DNA of 64,000 bases from Auanema rhodensis. Its lineage: Eukaryota > Animalia > Nematoda. The position numbers and the translations under genes were made by a program. Positions 27,201 through 41,059 of the stretch are shown here, piece after piece (position 1 is the stretch's first letter; every line of letters starts with the position of its first letter). The stretch covers positions 3,596,001-3,660,000 of the forward strand of contig OZ059899.1 of assembly GCA_964057225.1 (NCBI GenBank), written 5' to 3'. A model generated the notes under the pieces. It was not told the DNA's origin. It saw nothing but the letters and a program-made list of their open reading frames with translations, and made no database searches.

Positions 27201-30200
27201 TTTTTGGAAGCAATGTTGAGTGTACATGAAAACTCAACATACACTAATGCATCATTTTTCAAACGATCATAACTAATTTTTGTATCAAGTGTTTCTCAAT
27301 GTAGTATAGTGCATTCGATGCGGATTTTTAAGCTGCGTCGATCTGTGTTATCAGATTTGCGCTAGCTTAAAAATGCACCGAGATATCAACTGATATAAGT
27401 TCACACTTATATCCTCGATTTTCACCCTGAAGAATTAATTTTTTCGTTGAATAACATTGTCCATCGTCTTTGCCTGGAAAAATGGAATCTAAAAACATCT
27501 ACTTTTTGCTAAATTATTTTGAAATTTTTCGAAAAAATTTTTGTCAAAATGTTTTTGGAAGCAATGTTGAGTGTACATGGAAACTCAACATACACTAATG
27601 CATCATTTTTCAAACGCTCATAACTAATTTTTGTATTAAGCGTTTCTCAATGTAGTATAGTGCAATCGATGCGGATTTTCAAGCTGCGTCGATCTGTGTT
27701 ATCAGATTTGCGCTAGCTTAAAAATGCACCGAGATATCAACTGATATAAGTTCACACTTATATCCTCGATTTTCACCCTGAAGAATTAATTTTTTCGTTG
27801 AATAACATTGTCCATCGTCTTTGCCTTGTAAATTGGAATCTAAAAACATCTACTTTTTGCTAAATTATTTTGAAATTTTTCGAAAAAATTTTTGTCAAAA
27901 TGTTTTTGGAAGCAATGTTGAGTGTACATGGAAACTCAACATACACTAATGCATAATTTTTCAAACGATCATAACTAATTATTGTATTAAGCGTTTCTCA
28001 ATGTAGTATAGTGCATTCGATGCGGATTTTCAAGCTGCGTCGATCTGTGTTATCAGATTTGCGCTAGCTTAAAAATGCACCGAGATATCAACTGATATAA
28101 GTTCACACATATATACCCGATTTTCACCCTGAAGAATTAATTTTTTCGTTGAATAACATTGTCCATCGTCTTTGCCTTGAAAAAAGGAATCTAAAAACAT
28201 CTACTTTTTGCTAAATTATTTTGAAATTTTTCGAAAAAATTTTTGTCAAAATGTTTTTGGAAGCAATGTTGAGTACATGGAAACTCAACATACACTAATG
28301 CATCATTTTTCAAACGATCATAACTAATTTTTGTATTAAGCGTTTCTCAATGTAGTATAGTGCATTCGATGCGGATTTTCAAGCTGCGTCGATCTGTGTT
28401 ATCAGATTTGCGCTAGCTTAAAAATGCACCGAGATATCAACTGATATAAGTTCACACATATATACCCGATTTTCACCCTGAAGAATTAATTTTTTCGTTG
28501 AATAACATTGTCCATCGTCTTTGCCTTGAAAAAAGGAATCTAAAAACATCTACTTTTTGCTAAATTATTTTGAAATTTTTCGAAAAAATTTTTGTCAAAA
28601 TGTTTTTGGAAGCAATGTTGAGTGTACATGGAAACTCAACATACACTAATGCATCATTTTTCAAACGATCATAACTAATTTTTGTATTGAGCGTTTCTCA
28701 ATGTAGTATAGTGCATTCGATGCGGATTTTCAAGCTGCGTCGATCTGTGTTATCAGATTTGCGCTAGCTTAAAAATGCACCGAGATATCAACTGATATAA
28801 GTTCACACATATATACCCGATTTTCACCCTGAAGAATTAATTTTTTCGTTGAATAACCTTGTCCATCGTCTTTGCCTTGAAAAATGGAATCTAAAAGCAT
28901 CTACTTTTTGCTAAATTATCTTGAAATTTTTCGAAAAAATTTTTGTCAAAATGTTTTTGGAAGCAATGTTGAGTACATGGAAACTCAACATACACTAATG
29001 CATCATTTTTCAAACGATCATAACTAATTTTTGTATTAAGCGTTTCTCAATGTAGTATAGTGCATTCGATGCGGATTTTCAAGCTGCGTCGATCTGTGTT
29101 ATCAGATTTGCGCTAGCTTAAAAATGCACCGAGATATCAACTGATATAAGTTCACACTTATATCCTCGATTTTCACCCTGAAGAATTAATTTTTTCGTTG
29201 AATAACATTGTCCATCGTCTTTGCCTGGAAAAATGGAATCTAAAAACATCTACTTTTTGCTAAATTATTTTGAAATTTTTCGAAAAAATTTTTGTCAAAA
29301 TGTTTTTGGAAGCAATGTTGAGTGTACATGGAAACTCAACATACACTAATGCATCATTTTTCAAACGATCATAACTAATTTTTGTATTAAGCGTTTCTCA
29401 ATGTAGTATAGTGCATTCGATGCGGATTTTCAAGCTGCGTCGATCTGTGTTATCAGATTTGCGCTAGCTTAAAAATGCACCGAGATATCAACTGATATAA
29501 GTTCACACTTATATACCCGATTTTCACCCTGAAGAATTAATTTTTTCGTTGAATAACCTTGTCCATCGTCTTTGCCTTGAAAAATGGAATCTAAAAGCAT
29601 CTACTTTTTGCTAAATTATCTTGAAATTTTTCGAAAAAATTTTTGTCAAAATGTTTTTGGAAGCAATGTTGAGTGTACATGGAAACTCAACATACACTAA
29701 TGCATCATTTTTCAAACGATCATAACTAATTTTTGTATTAAGCGTTTCTCAATGTAGTATAGTGCATTCGATGCGGATTTTCAAGCTGCGTCGATCTGTG
29801 TTATCAGATTTGCGCTAGCTTAAAAATGCACCGAGATATCAACTGATATAAGTTCACACTTATATCCTCGATTTTCACCCTGAAGAATTAATTTTTTCGT
29901 TGAATAACATTGTCCATCGTCTTTGCCTGGAAAAATGGAATCTAAAAACATCTACTTTTTGCTAAATTATTTTGAAATTTTTCGAAAAAATTTTTGTCAA
30001 AATGTTTTTGGAAGCAATGTTGAGTGTACATGGAAACTCAACATACACTAATGCATCATTTTTCAAACGATCATAACTAATTTTTGTATCAAGTGTTTCT
30101 CAATGTAGTATAGTGCATTCGATGCGGATTTTTAAGCTGCGTCGATCTGTGTTATCAGATTTGCGCTAGCTTAAAAATGCACCGAGATATCAACTGATAT

Positions 30201-33200
30201 AAGTTCACACTTATATCCTCGATTTTCACCCTGAAGAATTAATTTTTTCGTTGAATAACATTGTCCATCGTCTTTGCCTGGAAAAATGGAATCTGAAAAC
30301 ATCTACTTTTTGCTAAATTATTTCGAAATTTTTCGAAAAAATTTTTGTCAAAATGTTTTTGGAAGCAATGTTGAGTGTACATGGAAACTCAACATACACT
30401 AATGCATCATTTTTCAAACGATCATAACTAATTTTTGTATTAAGCGTTTCTCAATGTAGTATAGTGCATTCGATGCGGATTTTCAAGCTGCGTCGATCTG
30501 TGTTATCAGATTTGCGCTAGCTTAAAAATGCACCGAGATATCAACTGATATAAGTTCACACTTATATCCTCGATTTTCACCCTGAAGAATTAATTTTTTC
30601 GTTGAATAACATTGTCCATCGTCTTTGCCTGGAAAAATTGAATCTAAAAACATCTACTTTTTGCTAAATTATTTTGAAATTTTTCGAAAAAATTTTTGTC
30701 AAAATGTTTTTGGAAGCAATGTTGAGTGTACATGGAAACTCAACATACACTAATGCATCATTTTTCAAACGCTCATAACTAATTTTTGTATTGAGCGTTT
30801 CTCAATGTAGTATAGTGCATTCGATGCGGATTTTCAAGCTGCGTCGATCTGTGTTATCAGATTTGCGCTAGCTTAAAAATGCACCGAGATATCAACTGAT
30901 ATAAGTTCACACATATATACCCGATTTTCACCCTGAAGAATTAATTTTTTCGTTGAATAACATTGTCCATCGTCTTTGCCTTGAAAAAAGGAATCTAAAA
31001 ACATCTACTTTTTGCTAAATTATTTTGAAATTTTTCGAAAAAATTTTTGTCAAAATGTTTTTGGAAGCAATGTTGAGTGTACATGGAAACTCAACATACA
31101 CTAATGCATCATTTTTCAAACGATCATAACTAATTTGTGTATTAAGCGTTTCTCAATGTAGTATAGTGCATTCGATGCGGATTTTCAAGCTGCGTCGATC
31201 TGTGTTATCAGATTTGCGCTAGCTTAAAAATGCACCGAGATATCAACTGATATAAGTTCACACATATATACCCGATTTTCACCCTGAAGAATTAATTTTT
31301 TCGTTGAATAACATTGTCCATCGTCTTTGCCTTGAAAAAAGGAATCTAAAAACATCTACTTTTTGCTAAATTATTCTGAAATTTTTCGAAAAAATTTTTG
31401 TCAAAATGTTTTTGGAAGCAATGTTGAGTGTACATGGAAACTCAACATACACTAATGCATCATTTTTCAAACGATCATAACTAATTTTTGTATTAAGCGT
31501 TTCTCAATGTAGTATAGTGCATTCGATGCGGATTTTCAAGCTGCGTCGATCTGTGTTATCAGATTTGCGCTAGCTTAAAAATGCACCGAGATATCAACTG
31601 ATATAAGTTCACACTTATATCCTCGATTTTCACCCTGAAGAATTATTTTTTTCGTTAAATAACATTGTCCATCGTCTTTGCCTTGAAAAATGGAATCTTA
31701 AAACATCTACTTTTTGCTAAATTATTTTGAAATTTTTCGAAAAAATTTTTGTCAAAATGTTTTTGGAAGCAATGTTGAGTGTACATGGAAACTCAACATA
31801 CACTAATGCATCATTTTTCAAACGATCATAACTAATTTTTGTATCAAGTGTTTCTCAATGTAGTATAGTGCATTCGATGCGGATTTTTAAGCTGCGTCGA
31901 TCTGTGTTATCAGATTTGCGCTAGCTTAAAAATGCACCGAGATATCAACTGATATAAGTTCACACTTATATCCTCGATTTTCACCCTGAAGAATTAATTT
32001 TTTCGTTGAAAAACATTGTCCATCGTCTTTGCCTTGAAAAATGGAATCTTAAAACATCTACTTTTTGCTAAATTATTCTGAAATTTTTCGAAAAAATTTT
32101 TGTCAAAATGTTTTTGGAAGCAATGTTGAGTGTACATGGAAACTCAACATACACTAATGCATCATTTTTCAAACGATCATAACTAATTTTTGTATCAAGT
32201 GTTTCTCAATGTAGTATAGTGCATTCGATGCGGATTTTTAAGCTGCGTCGATCTGTGTTATCAGATTTGCGCTAGCTTAAAAATGCACCGAGATATCAAC
32301 TGATATAAGTTCACACATATATACCCGATTTTCACCCTGAAGAATTAATTTTTTCGTTGAATAACATTGTCCATCGTCTTTGCCTTGAAAAATGGAATCT
32401 AAAAACATCTACTTTTTGCTAAATTATTTTGAAATTTTTCGAAAAAATTTTTGTCAAAATGTTTTTGGAAGCAATGTTGAGTGTACATGAAAACTCAACA
32501 TACACTAATGCATCATTTTTCAAACGATCATAACTAATTTTTGTATCAAGTGTTTCTCAATGTAGTATAGTGCATTCGATGCGGATTTTTAAGCTGCGTC
32601 GATCTGTGTTATCAGATTTGCGCTAGCTTAAAAATGCACCGAGATATCAACTGATATAAGTTCACACTTATATCCTCGATTTTCACCCTGAAGAATTAAT
32701 TTTTTCGTTGAATAACATTGTCCATCGTCTTTGCCTGGAAAAATGGAATCTAAAAACATCTACTTTTTGCTAAATTATTTTGAAATTTTTCGAAAAAATT
32801 TTTGTCAAAATGTTTTTGGAAGCAATGTTGAGTGTACATGGAAACTCAACATACACTAATGCATCATTTTTCAAACGCTCATAACTAATTTTTGTATTAA
32901 GCGTTTCTCAATGTAGTATAGTGCAATCGATGCGGATTTTCAAGCTGCGTCGATCTGTGTTATCAGATTTGCGCTAGCTTAAAAATGCACCGAGATATCA
33001 ACTGATATAAGTTCACACTTATATCCTCGATTTTCACCCTGAAGAATTAATTTTTTCGTTGAATAACATTGTCCATCGTCTTTGCCTTGTAAATTGGAAT
33101 CTAAAAACATCTACTTTTTGCTAAATTATTTTGAAATTTTTCGAAAAAATTTTTGTCAAAATGTTTTTGGAAGCAATGTTGAGTGTACATGGAAACTCAA

Positions 33201-33688
33201 CATACACTAATGCATAATTTTTCAAACGATCATAACTAATTATTGTATTAAGCGTTTCTCAATGTAGTATAGTGCATTCGATGCGGATTTTCAAGCTGCG
33301 TCGATCTGTGTTATCAGATTTGCGCTAGCTTAAAAATGCACCGAGATATCAACTGATATAAGTTCACACATATATACCCGATTTTCACCCTGAAGAATTA
33401 ATTTTTTCGTTGAATAACATTGTCCATCGTCTTTGCCTTGAAAAAAGGAATCTAAAAACATCTACTTTTTGCTAAATTATTTTGAAATTTTTCGAAAAAA
33501 TTTTTGTCAAAATGTTTTTGGAAGCAATGTTGAGTGTACATGGAAACTCAACATACACTAATGCATCATTTTTCAAACGATCATAACTAATTTTTGTATT
33601 AAGCGTTTCTCAATGTAGTATAGTGCATTCGATGCGGATTTTCAAGCTGCGTCGATCTGTGTTATCAGATTTGCGCTAGCTTAAAAAT
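22463..33688. repeat. Segmental duplication of about 15 monomers (22463-28425 vs 28426-33688); copy 1 has an extra internal 2-monomer repeat
   Basis: Same ordered rare markers in both copies: GT deletion, TCTGAAAAC, AAAATTGAAT, TATTCTG, GTTAAAT, GAAAAAC, CATGAAAAC, GCAATCG, TTGTAAATTGG. Offset is 5963 before and 5261 after the 702-bp internal duplication at 25269-26672. Confidence 0.92.
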
Positions 33689-36600
33689 GCACCGAGATAT
33701 CAACTGATATAAGTTCACACATATATACCCGATTTTCACCCTGAAGAATTAATTTTTTCGTTGAATAACATTGTCCATCGTCTTTGCCTTGAAAAATGGA
33801 ATCTAAAAACATCTACTTTTTGCTAAATTATCTTGAAATTTTTCGAAAAAATTTTTGTCAAAATGTTTTTGGAAGCAATGTTGAGTGTACATGGAAACTC
33901 AACATACACTAATGCATCATTTTTCAAACGATCATAACTAATTTTTGTATTAAGCGTTTCTCAATGTAGTATAGTGCATTCGATGCGGATTTTCAAGCTG
34001 CGTCGATCTGTGTTATCAGATTTGCGCTAGCTTAAAAATGCACCGAGATATCAACTGATATAAGTTCACACATATATACCCGATTTTCACCCTGAAGAAT
34101 TAATTTTTTCGTTGAATAACATTGTCCATCGTCTTTGCCTCGAAAAAAGGAATCTAAAAACATCTACTTTTTGCTAAATTATTTTGAAATTTTTCGAAAA
34201 AATTTTTGTCAAAATGTTTTTGGAAGCAATGTTGAGTGTACATGGAAACTCAACATACACTAATGCATCATTTTTCAAACGATCATAACTAATTTTTGTA
34301 TTAAGCGTTTCTCAATGTAGTATAGTGCATTCGATGCGGATTTTCAAGCTGCGTCGATCTGTGTTATCAGATTTGCGCTAGCTTAAAAATGCACCGAGAT
34401 ATCAACTGATATAAGTTCACACATATATACCCGATTTTCACCCTGAAGAATTAATTTTTTCGTTGAATAACCTTGTCCATCGTCTTTGCCTTGAAAAATG
34501 GAATCTAAAAGCATCTACTTTTTGCTAAATTATCTTGAAATTTTTCGAAAAAATTTTTGTCAAAATGTTTTTGGAAGCAATGTTGAGTGTACATGGAAAC
34601 TCAACATACACTAATGCATCATTTTTCAAACGATCATAACTAATTTTTGTATTAAGCGTTTCTCAATGTAGTATAGTGCATTCGATGCGGATTTTCAAGC
34701 TGCGTCGATCTGTGTTATCAGATTTGCGCTAGCTTAAAAATGCACCGAGATATCAACTGATATAAGTTCACACTTATATCCTCGATTTTCACCCTGAAGA
34801 ATTAATTTTTTCGTTGAATAACCTTGTCCATCGTCTTTGCCTTGAAAAAAGGAATCTAAAAACATCTACTTTTTGCTAAATTATCTTGAAATTTTTCGAA
34901 AAAATTTTTGTCAAAATGTTTTTGGAAGCAATGTTGAGTGTACATGGAAACTCAACATACACTAATGCATCATTTTTCAAACGATCATAACTAATTTTTG
35001 TATTAAGCGTTTCTCAATGTAGTATAGTGCATTCGATGCGGATTTTCAAGCTGCGTCGATCTGTGTTATCTGATTTGCGCTAGCTTAAAAATGCACCGAG
35101 ATATCAACTGATATAAGTTCACACTTATATCCTCGATTTTCACCCTGAAGAATTAATTTTTTCGTTGAATAACCTTGTCCATCGTCTTTGCCTTGAAAAA
35201 AGGAATCTAAAAACATCTACTTTTTGCTAAATTATCTTGAAATTTTTCGAAAAAATTTTTGTCAAAATGTTTTTGGAAGCAATGTTCAGTGTACATGGAA
35301 ACTCAACATACACTAATGCATCATTTTTCAAACGATCATAACTAATTTTTGTATTAAGCGTTTCTCAATGTAGTTTAGTGCATTCGATGCGGATTTTTAA
35401 GCTGCGTCGATCTGTGTTATCAGATTTGCGCTAGCTTAAAAATGCACCGAGATATCAACTGATATAAGTTCACACATATATACCCGATTTTCACCCTGAA
35501 GAATTAATTTTTTCGTTGAATAACCTTGTCCATCGTCTTTGCCTTGAAAAATGGAATCTAAAAGCTTCTACTTTTTGCTAAATTATCTTGAAATTTTTCG
35601 AAAAAATTTTTGTCAAAATGTTTTTGGAAGCAATGTTGAGTGTACATGGAAACTCAACATACACTAATGCATCATTTTTCAAACGATCATAACTAATTTT
35701 TGTATTAAGCGTTTCTCAATGTAGTATAGTGCATTCGATGCGGATTTTCAAGCTGCGTCGATCTGTGTTATCAGATTTGCGCTAGCTTAAAAATGCACCG
35801 AGATATCAACTGATATAAGTTCACACATATATACCCGATTTTCACCCTGAAGAATTAATTTTTTCGTTGAATAACCTTGTCCATCGTCTTTGCCTTGAAA
35901 AATGGAATCTAAAAGCATCTACTTTTTGCTAAATTATCTTGAAATTTTTCGAAAAAATTTTTGTCAAAATGTTTTTGGAAGCAATGTTGAGTGTACATGG
36001 AAACTCAACATACACTAATGCATCATTTTTCAAACGATCATAACTAATTTTTGTATTAAGCGTTTCTCAATGTAGTATAGTGCATTCGATGCGGATTTTC
36101 AAGCTGCGTCGATCTGTGTTATCAGATTTGCGCTAGCTTAAAAATGCACCGAGATATCAACTGATATAAGTTCACACATATATACCCGATTTTCACCCTG
36201 AAGAATTAATTTTTTCGTTGAATAACATTGTCCATCGTCTTTGCCTCGAAAAAAGGAATCTAAAAACATCTACTTTTTGCTAAATTATTTTGAAATTTTT
36301 CGAAAAAATTTTTGTCAAAATGTTTTTGGAAGCAATGTTGAGTGTACATGGAAACTCAACATACACTAATGCATCATTTTTCAAACGATCATAACTAATT
36401 TTTGTATTAAGCGTTTCTCAATGTAGTATAGTGCATTCGATGCGGATTTTTAAGCTTCGTCGATCTGTGTTATCAGATTTGCGCTAGCTTAAAAATGCAC
36501 CGAGATATCAACTGATATAAGTTCACACTTATATCCTCGATTTTCACCCTGAAGAATTAATTTTTTCGTTGAATAACATTGTCCATCGTCTTTGCCTTGA

Positions 36601-38251
36601 AAAATGGAATCTTAAAACATCTACTTTTTGCTAAATTATTTTGAAATTTTTCGAAAAAATTTTTGTCAAAATGTTTTTGGAAGAAATGTTGAGTGTACAT
36701 GGAAACTCAACATACACTAATGCATCATTTTTCAAACGATCATAACTAATTTTTGTATCAAGTGTTTCTCAATGTAGTATAGTGCATTCGATGCGGATTT
36801 TTAAGCTGCGTCGATCTGTGTTATCAGATTTGCGCTAGCTTAAAAATGCACCGAGATATCAACTGATATAAGTTCACACTTATATCCTCGATTTTCACCC
36901 TGAAGAATTAATTTTTTCGTTGAATAACATTGTCCATCGTCTTTGCCTTGAAAAATGGAATCTTAAAACATCTACTTTTTGCTAAATTATTTTGAAATTT
37001 TTCGAAAAAATTTTTGTCAAAATGTTTTTGGAAGAAATGTTGAGTGTACATGGAAACTCAACATACACTAATGCAACATTTTTCAAACGATCATAACTAA
37101 TTTTTGTATCAAGTGTTTCTCAATGTAGTATAGTGCATTCGATGCGGATTTTTAAGCTGCGTCGATCTGTGTTATCAGATTTGCGCTAGCTTAAAAATGC
37201 ACCGAGATATCAACTGATATAAGTTCACACTTATATCCTCGATTTTCACCCTGAAGAATTAATTTTTTCGTTGAATAACATTGTCTATCGTCTTTGCCTT
37301 GAAAAATGGAATCTAAAAACATCTACTTTTTGCTAAATTATTTTGAAATTTTTCGAAAAAATTTTTGTCAAAATGTTTTTGGAAGCAATGTTGAGTGTAC
37401 ATGGAAACTCAACATACACTAATGCATCATTTTTCAAACGATCATAACTAATTTTTGTATTAAGCGTTTCTCAATGTAGTATAGTGCATTCGATGCGGAT
37501 TTTCAAGCTGCGTCGATCTGTGTTATCAGATTTGCGCTAGCTTAAAAATGCACCGAGATATCAACTGATATAAGTTCACACATATATACCCGATTTTCAC
37601 CCTGAAGAATTAATTTTTTCGTTGAATAACCTTGTCCATCGTCTTTGCCTTGAAAAATGGAATCTAAAAGCTTCTACTTTTTGCTAAATTATCTTGAAAT
37701 TTTTCGAAAAAATTTTTGTCAAAATGTTTTTGGAAGCAATGTTGAGTGTACATGGAAACTCAACATACACTAATGCATCATTTTTCAAACGATCATAACT
37801 AATTTTTGTATTAAGCGTTTCTCAATGTAGTATAGTGCATTCGATGCGGATTTTCAAGCTGCGTCGATCTGTGTTATCAGATTTGCGCTAGCTTAAAAAT
37901 GCACCGAGATATCAACTGATATAAGTTCACACATATATACGCGATTTTCACCCTGAAGAATTAATTTTTTCGTTGAATAACATTGTCCATCGTCTTTGCC
38001 TTGAAAAAAGGAATCTAAAAACATCTACTTTTTGCTAAATTATTTTGAAATTTTTCGAAAAAATTTTTGTCAAAATGTTTTTGGAAGCAATGTTCAGTGT
38101 ACATGGAAACTCAACATACACTAATGCATCATTTTTCAAACGATCATAACTAATTTTTGTATTAAGCGTTTCTCAATGTAGTATAGTGCATTCGATGCGG
38201 ATTTTTAAGCTGCGTCGATCTGTGTTATCAGATTTGCGCTAGCTTAAAAAT

Positions 38252-41059
38252 GCACCGAGATATCAACTGATATAAGTTCACACATATATACCCGATTTTC
38301 ACCCTGAAGAATTAATTTTTTCGTTGAATAACCTTGTCCATCGTCTTTGCCTTGAAAAATGGAATCTTAAAACATCTACTTTTTGCTAAATTATTTTGAA
38401 ATTTTTCGAAAAAATTTTTGTCAAAATGTTTTTGGAAGCAATGTTGAGTGTACATGGAAACTCAACATACACTAATGCATAATTTTTCAAACGATCATAA
38501 CTAATTATTGTATTAAGCGTTTCTCAATGTAGTATAGTGCATTCGATGCGGATTTTTAAGCTTCGTCGATCTGTGTTATCAGATTTGCGCTAGCTTAAAA
38601 ATGCACCGAGATATCAACTGATATAAGTTCACACTTATATCCTCGATTTTCACCCTGAAGAATTAATTTTTTCGTTGAATAACCTTGTCCAGCGTTTTTG
38701 CCTTGAAAAATGGAATCTTAAAACATCTACTTTTTGCTAAATTATTTTGAAATTTTTCGAAAAAATTTTTGTCAAAATGTTTTTGGAAGCAATGTTGAGT
38801 GTACATGGAAACTCAACATACACTAATGCATCATTTTTCAAACGATCATAACTAATTTTTGTATTAAGCGTTTCTCAATGTAGTATAGTGCATTCGATGC
38901 GGATATTCAAGCTGCGTCGATCTGTGTTATCAGATTTGCGCTAGCTTAAAAATGCACCGAGATATCAACTGATATAAGTTCACACATATATACCCGATTT
39001 TCACCCTGAAGAATTAATTTTTTCGTTGAATAACCTTGTCCATCGTCTTTGCCTTGAAAAATGGAATCTAAAAGCTTCTACTTTTTGCTAAATTATCTTG
39101 AAATTTTTCGAAAAAATTTTTGTCAAAATGTTTTTGGAAGCAATGTTGAGTGTACATGGAAACTCAACATACACTAATGCATCATTTTTCAAACGATCAT
39201 AACTAATTTTTGTATTAAGCGTTTCTCAATGTAGTATAGTGCATTCGATGCGGATTTTCAAGCTGCGTCGATCTGTGTTATCAGATTTGCGCTAGCTTAA
39301 AAATGCACCGAGATATCAACTGATATAAGTTCACACATATATACCCGATTTTCACCCTGAAGAATTAATTTTTTCGTTGAATAACCTTGTCCATCGTCTT
39401 TGCCTTGAAAAATGGAATCTTAAAACATCTACTTTTTGCTAAATTATTTTGAAATTTTTCGAAAAAATTTTTGTCAAAATGTTTTTGGAAGCAATGTTGA
39501 GTGTACATGGAAACTCAACATACACTAATGCATAATTTTTCAAACGATCATAACTAATTATTGTATTAAGCGTTTCTCAATGTAGTATAGTGCATTCGAT
39601 GCGGATTTTTAAGCTTCGTCGATCTGTGTTATCAGATTTGCGCTAGCTTAAAAATGCACCGAGATATCAACTGATATAAGTTCACACTTATATCCTCGAT
39701 TTTCACCCTGAAGAATTAATTTTTTCGTTGAATAACCTTGTCCAGCGTTTTTGCCTTGAAAAATGGAATCTTAAAACATCTACTTTTTGCTAAATTATTT
39801 TGAAATTTTTCGAAAAAATTTTTGTCAAAATGTTTTTGGAAGCAATGTTGAGTGTACATGGAAACTCAACATACACTAATGCATCATTTTTCAAACGATC
39901 ATAACTAATTTTTGTATTAAGCGTTTCTCAATGTAGTATAGTGCATTCGATGCGGATTTTCAAGCTGCGTCGATCTGTGTTATCAGATTTGCGCTAGCTT
40001 AAAAATGCACCGAGATATCAACTGATATAAGTTCACACATATATACCCGATTTTCACCCTGAAGAATTAATTTTTTCGTTGAATAACCTTGTCCATCGTC
40101 TTTGCCTTGAAAAATGGAATCTAAAAGCTTCTACTTTTTGCTAAATTATCTTGAAATTTTTCGAAAAAATTTTTGTCAAAATGTTTTTGGAAGCAATGTT
40201 GAGTGTACATGGAAACTCAACATACACTAATGCATCATTTTTCAAACGATCATAACTAATTTTTGTATTAAGCGTTTCTCAATGTAGTATAGTGCATTCG
40301 ATGCGGATTTTCAAGCTGCGTCGATCTGTGTTATCAGATTTGCGCTAGCTTAAAAATGCACCGAGATATCAACTGATATAAGTTCACACATATATACCCG
40401 ATTTTCACCCTGAAGAATTAATTTTTTCGTTGAATAACCTTGTCCATCGTCTTTGCCTTGAAAAATGGAATCTTAAAACATCTACTTTTTGCTAAATTAT
40501 TTTGAAATTTTTCGAAAAAATTTTTGTCAAAATGTTTTTGGAAGCAATGTTGAGTGTACATGGAAACTCAACATACACTAATGCATAATTTTTCAAACGA
40601 TCATAACTAATTATTGTATTAAGCGTTTCTCAATGTAGTATAGTGCATTCGATGCGGATTTTTAAGCTTCGTCGATCTGTGTTATCAGATTTGCGCTAGC
40701 TTAAAAATGCACCGAGATATCAACTGATATAAGTTCACACTTATATCCTCGATTTTCACCCTGAAGAATTAATTTTTTCGTTGAATAACCTTGTCCAGCG
40801 TTTTTGCCTTGAAAAATGGAATCTTAAAACATCTACTTTTTGCTAAATTATTTTGAAATTTTTCGAAAAAATTTTTGTCAAAATGTTTTTGGAAGCAATG
40901 TTGAGTGTACATGGAAACTCAACATACACTAATGCATCATTTTTCAAACGATCATAACTAATTTTTGTATTAAGCGTTTCTCAATATAGTATAGTGCATT
41001 CGATGCGGATTTTCAAGCTGCGTCGATCTGTGTTATCAGATTTGCGGTAGCTTAAAAAT
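38252..41059. repeat. 3-monomer (1053 bp) higher-order repeat, about 2.7 copies
   Basis: CCAGCGTTTTTG monomers at 38603, 39656, 40709; TAATTATTG monomers at 38252, 39305, 40358. Confidence 0.9.
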
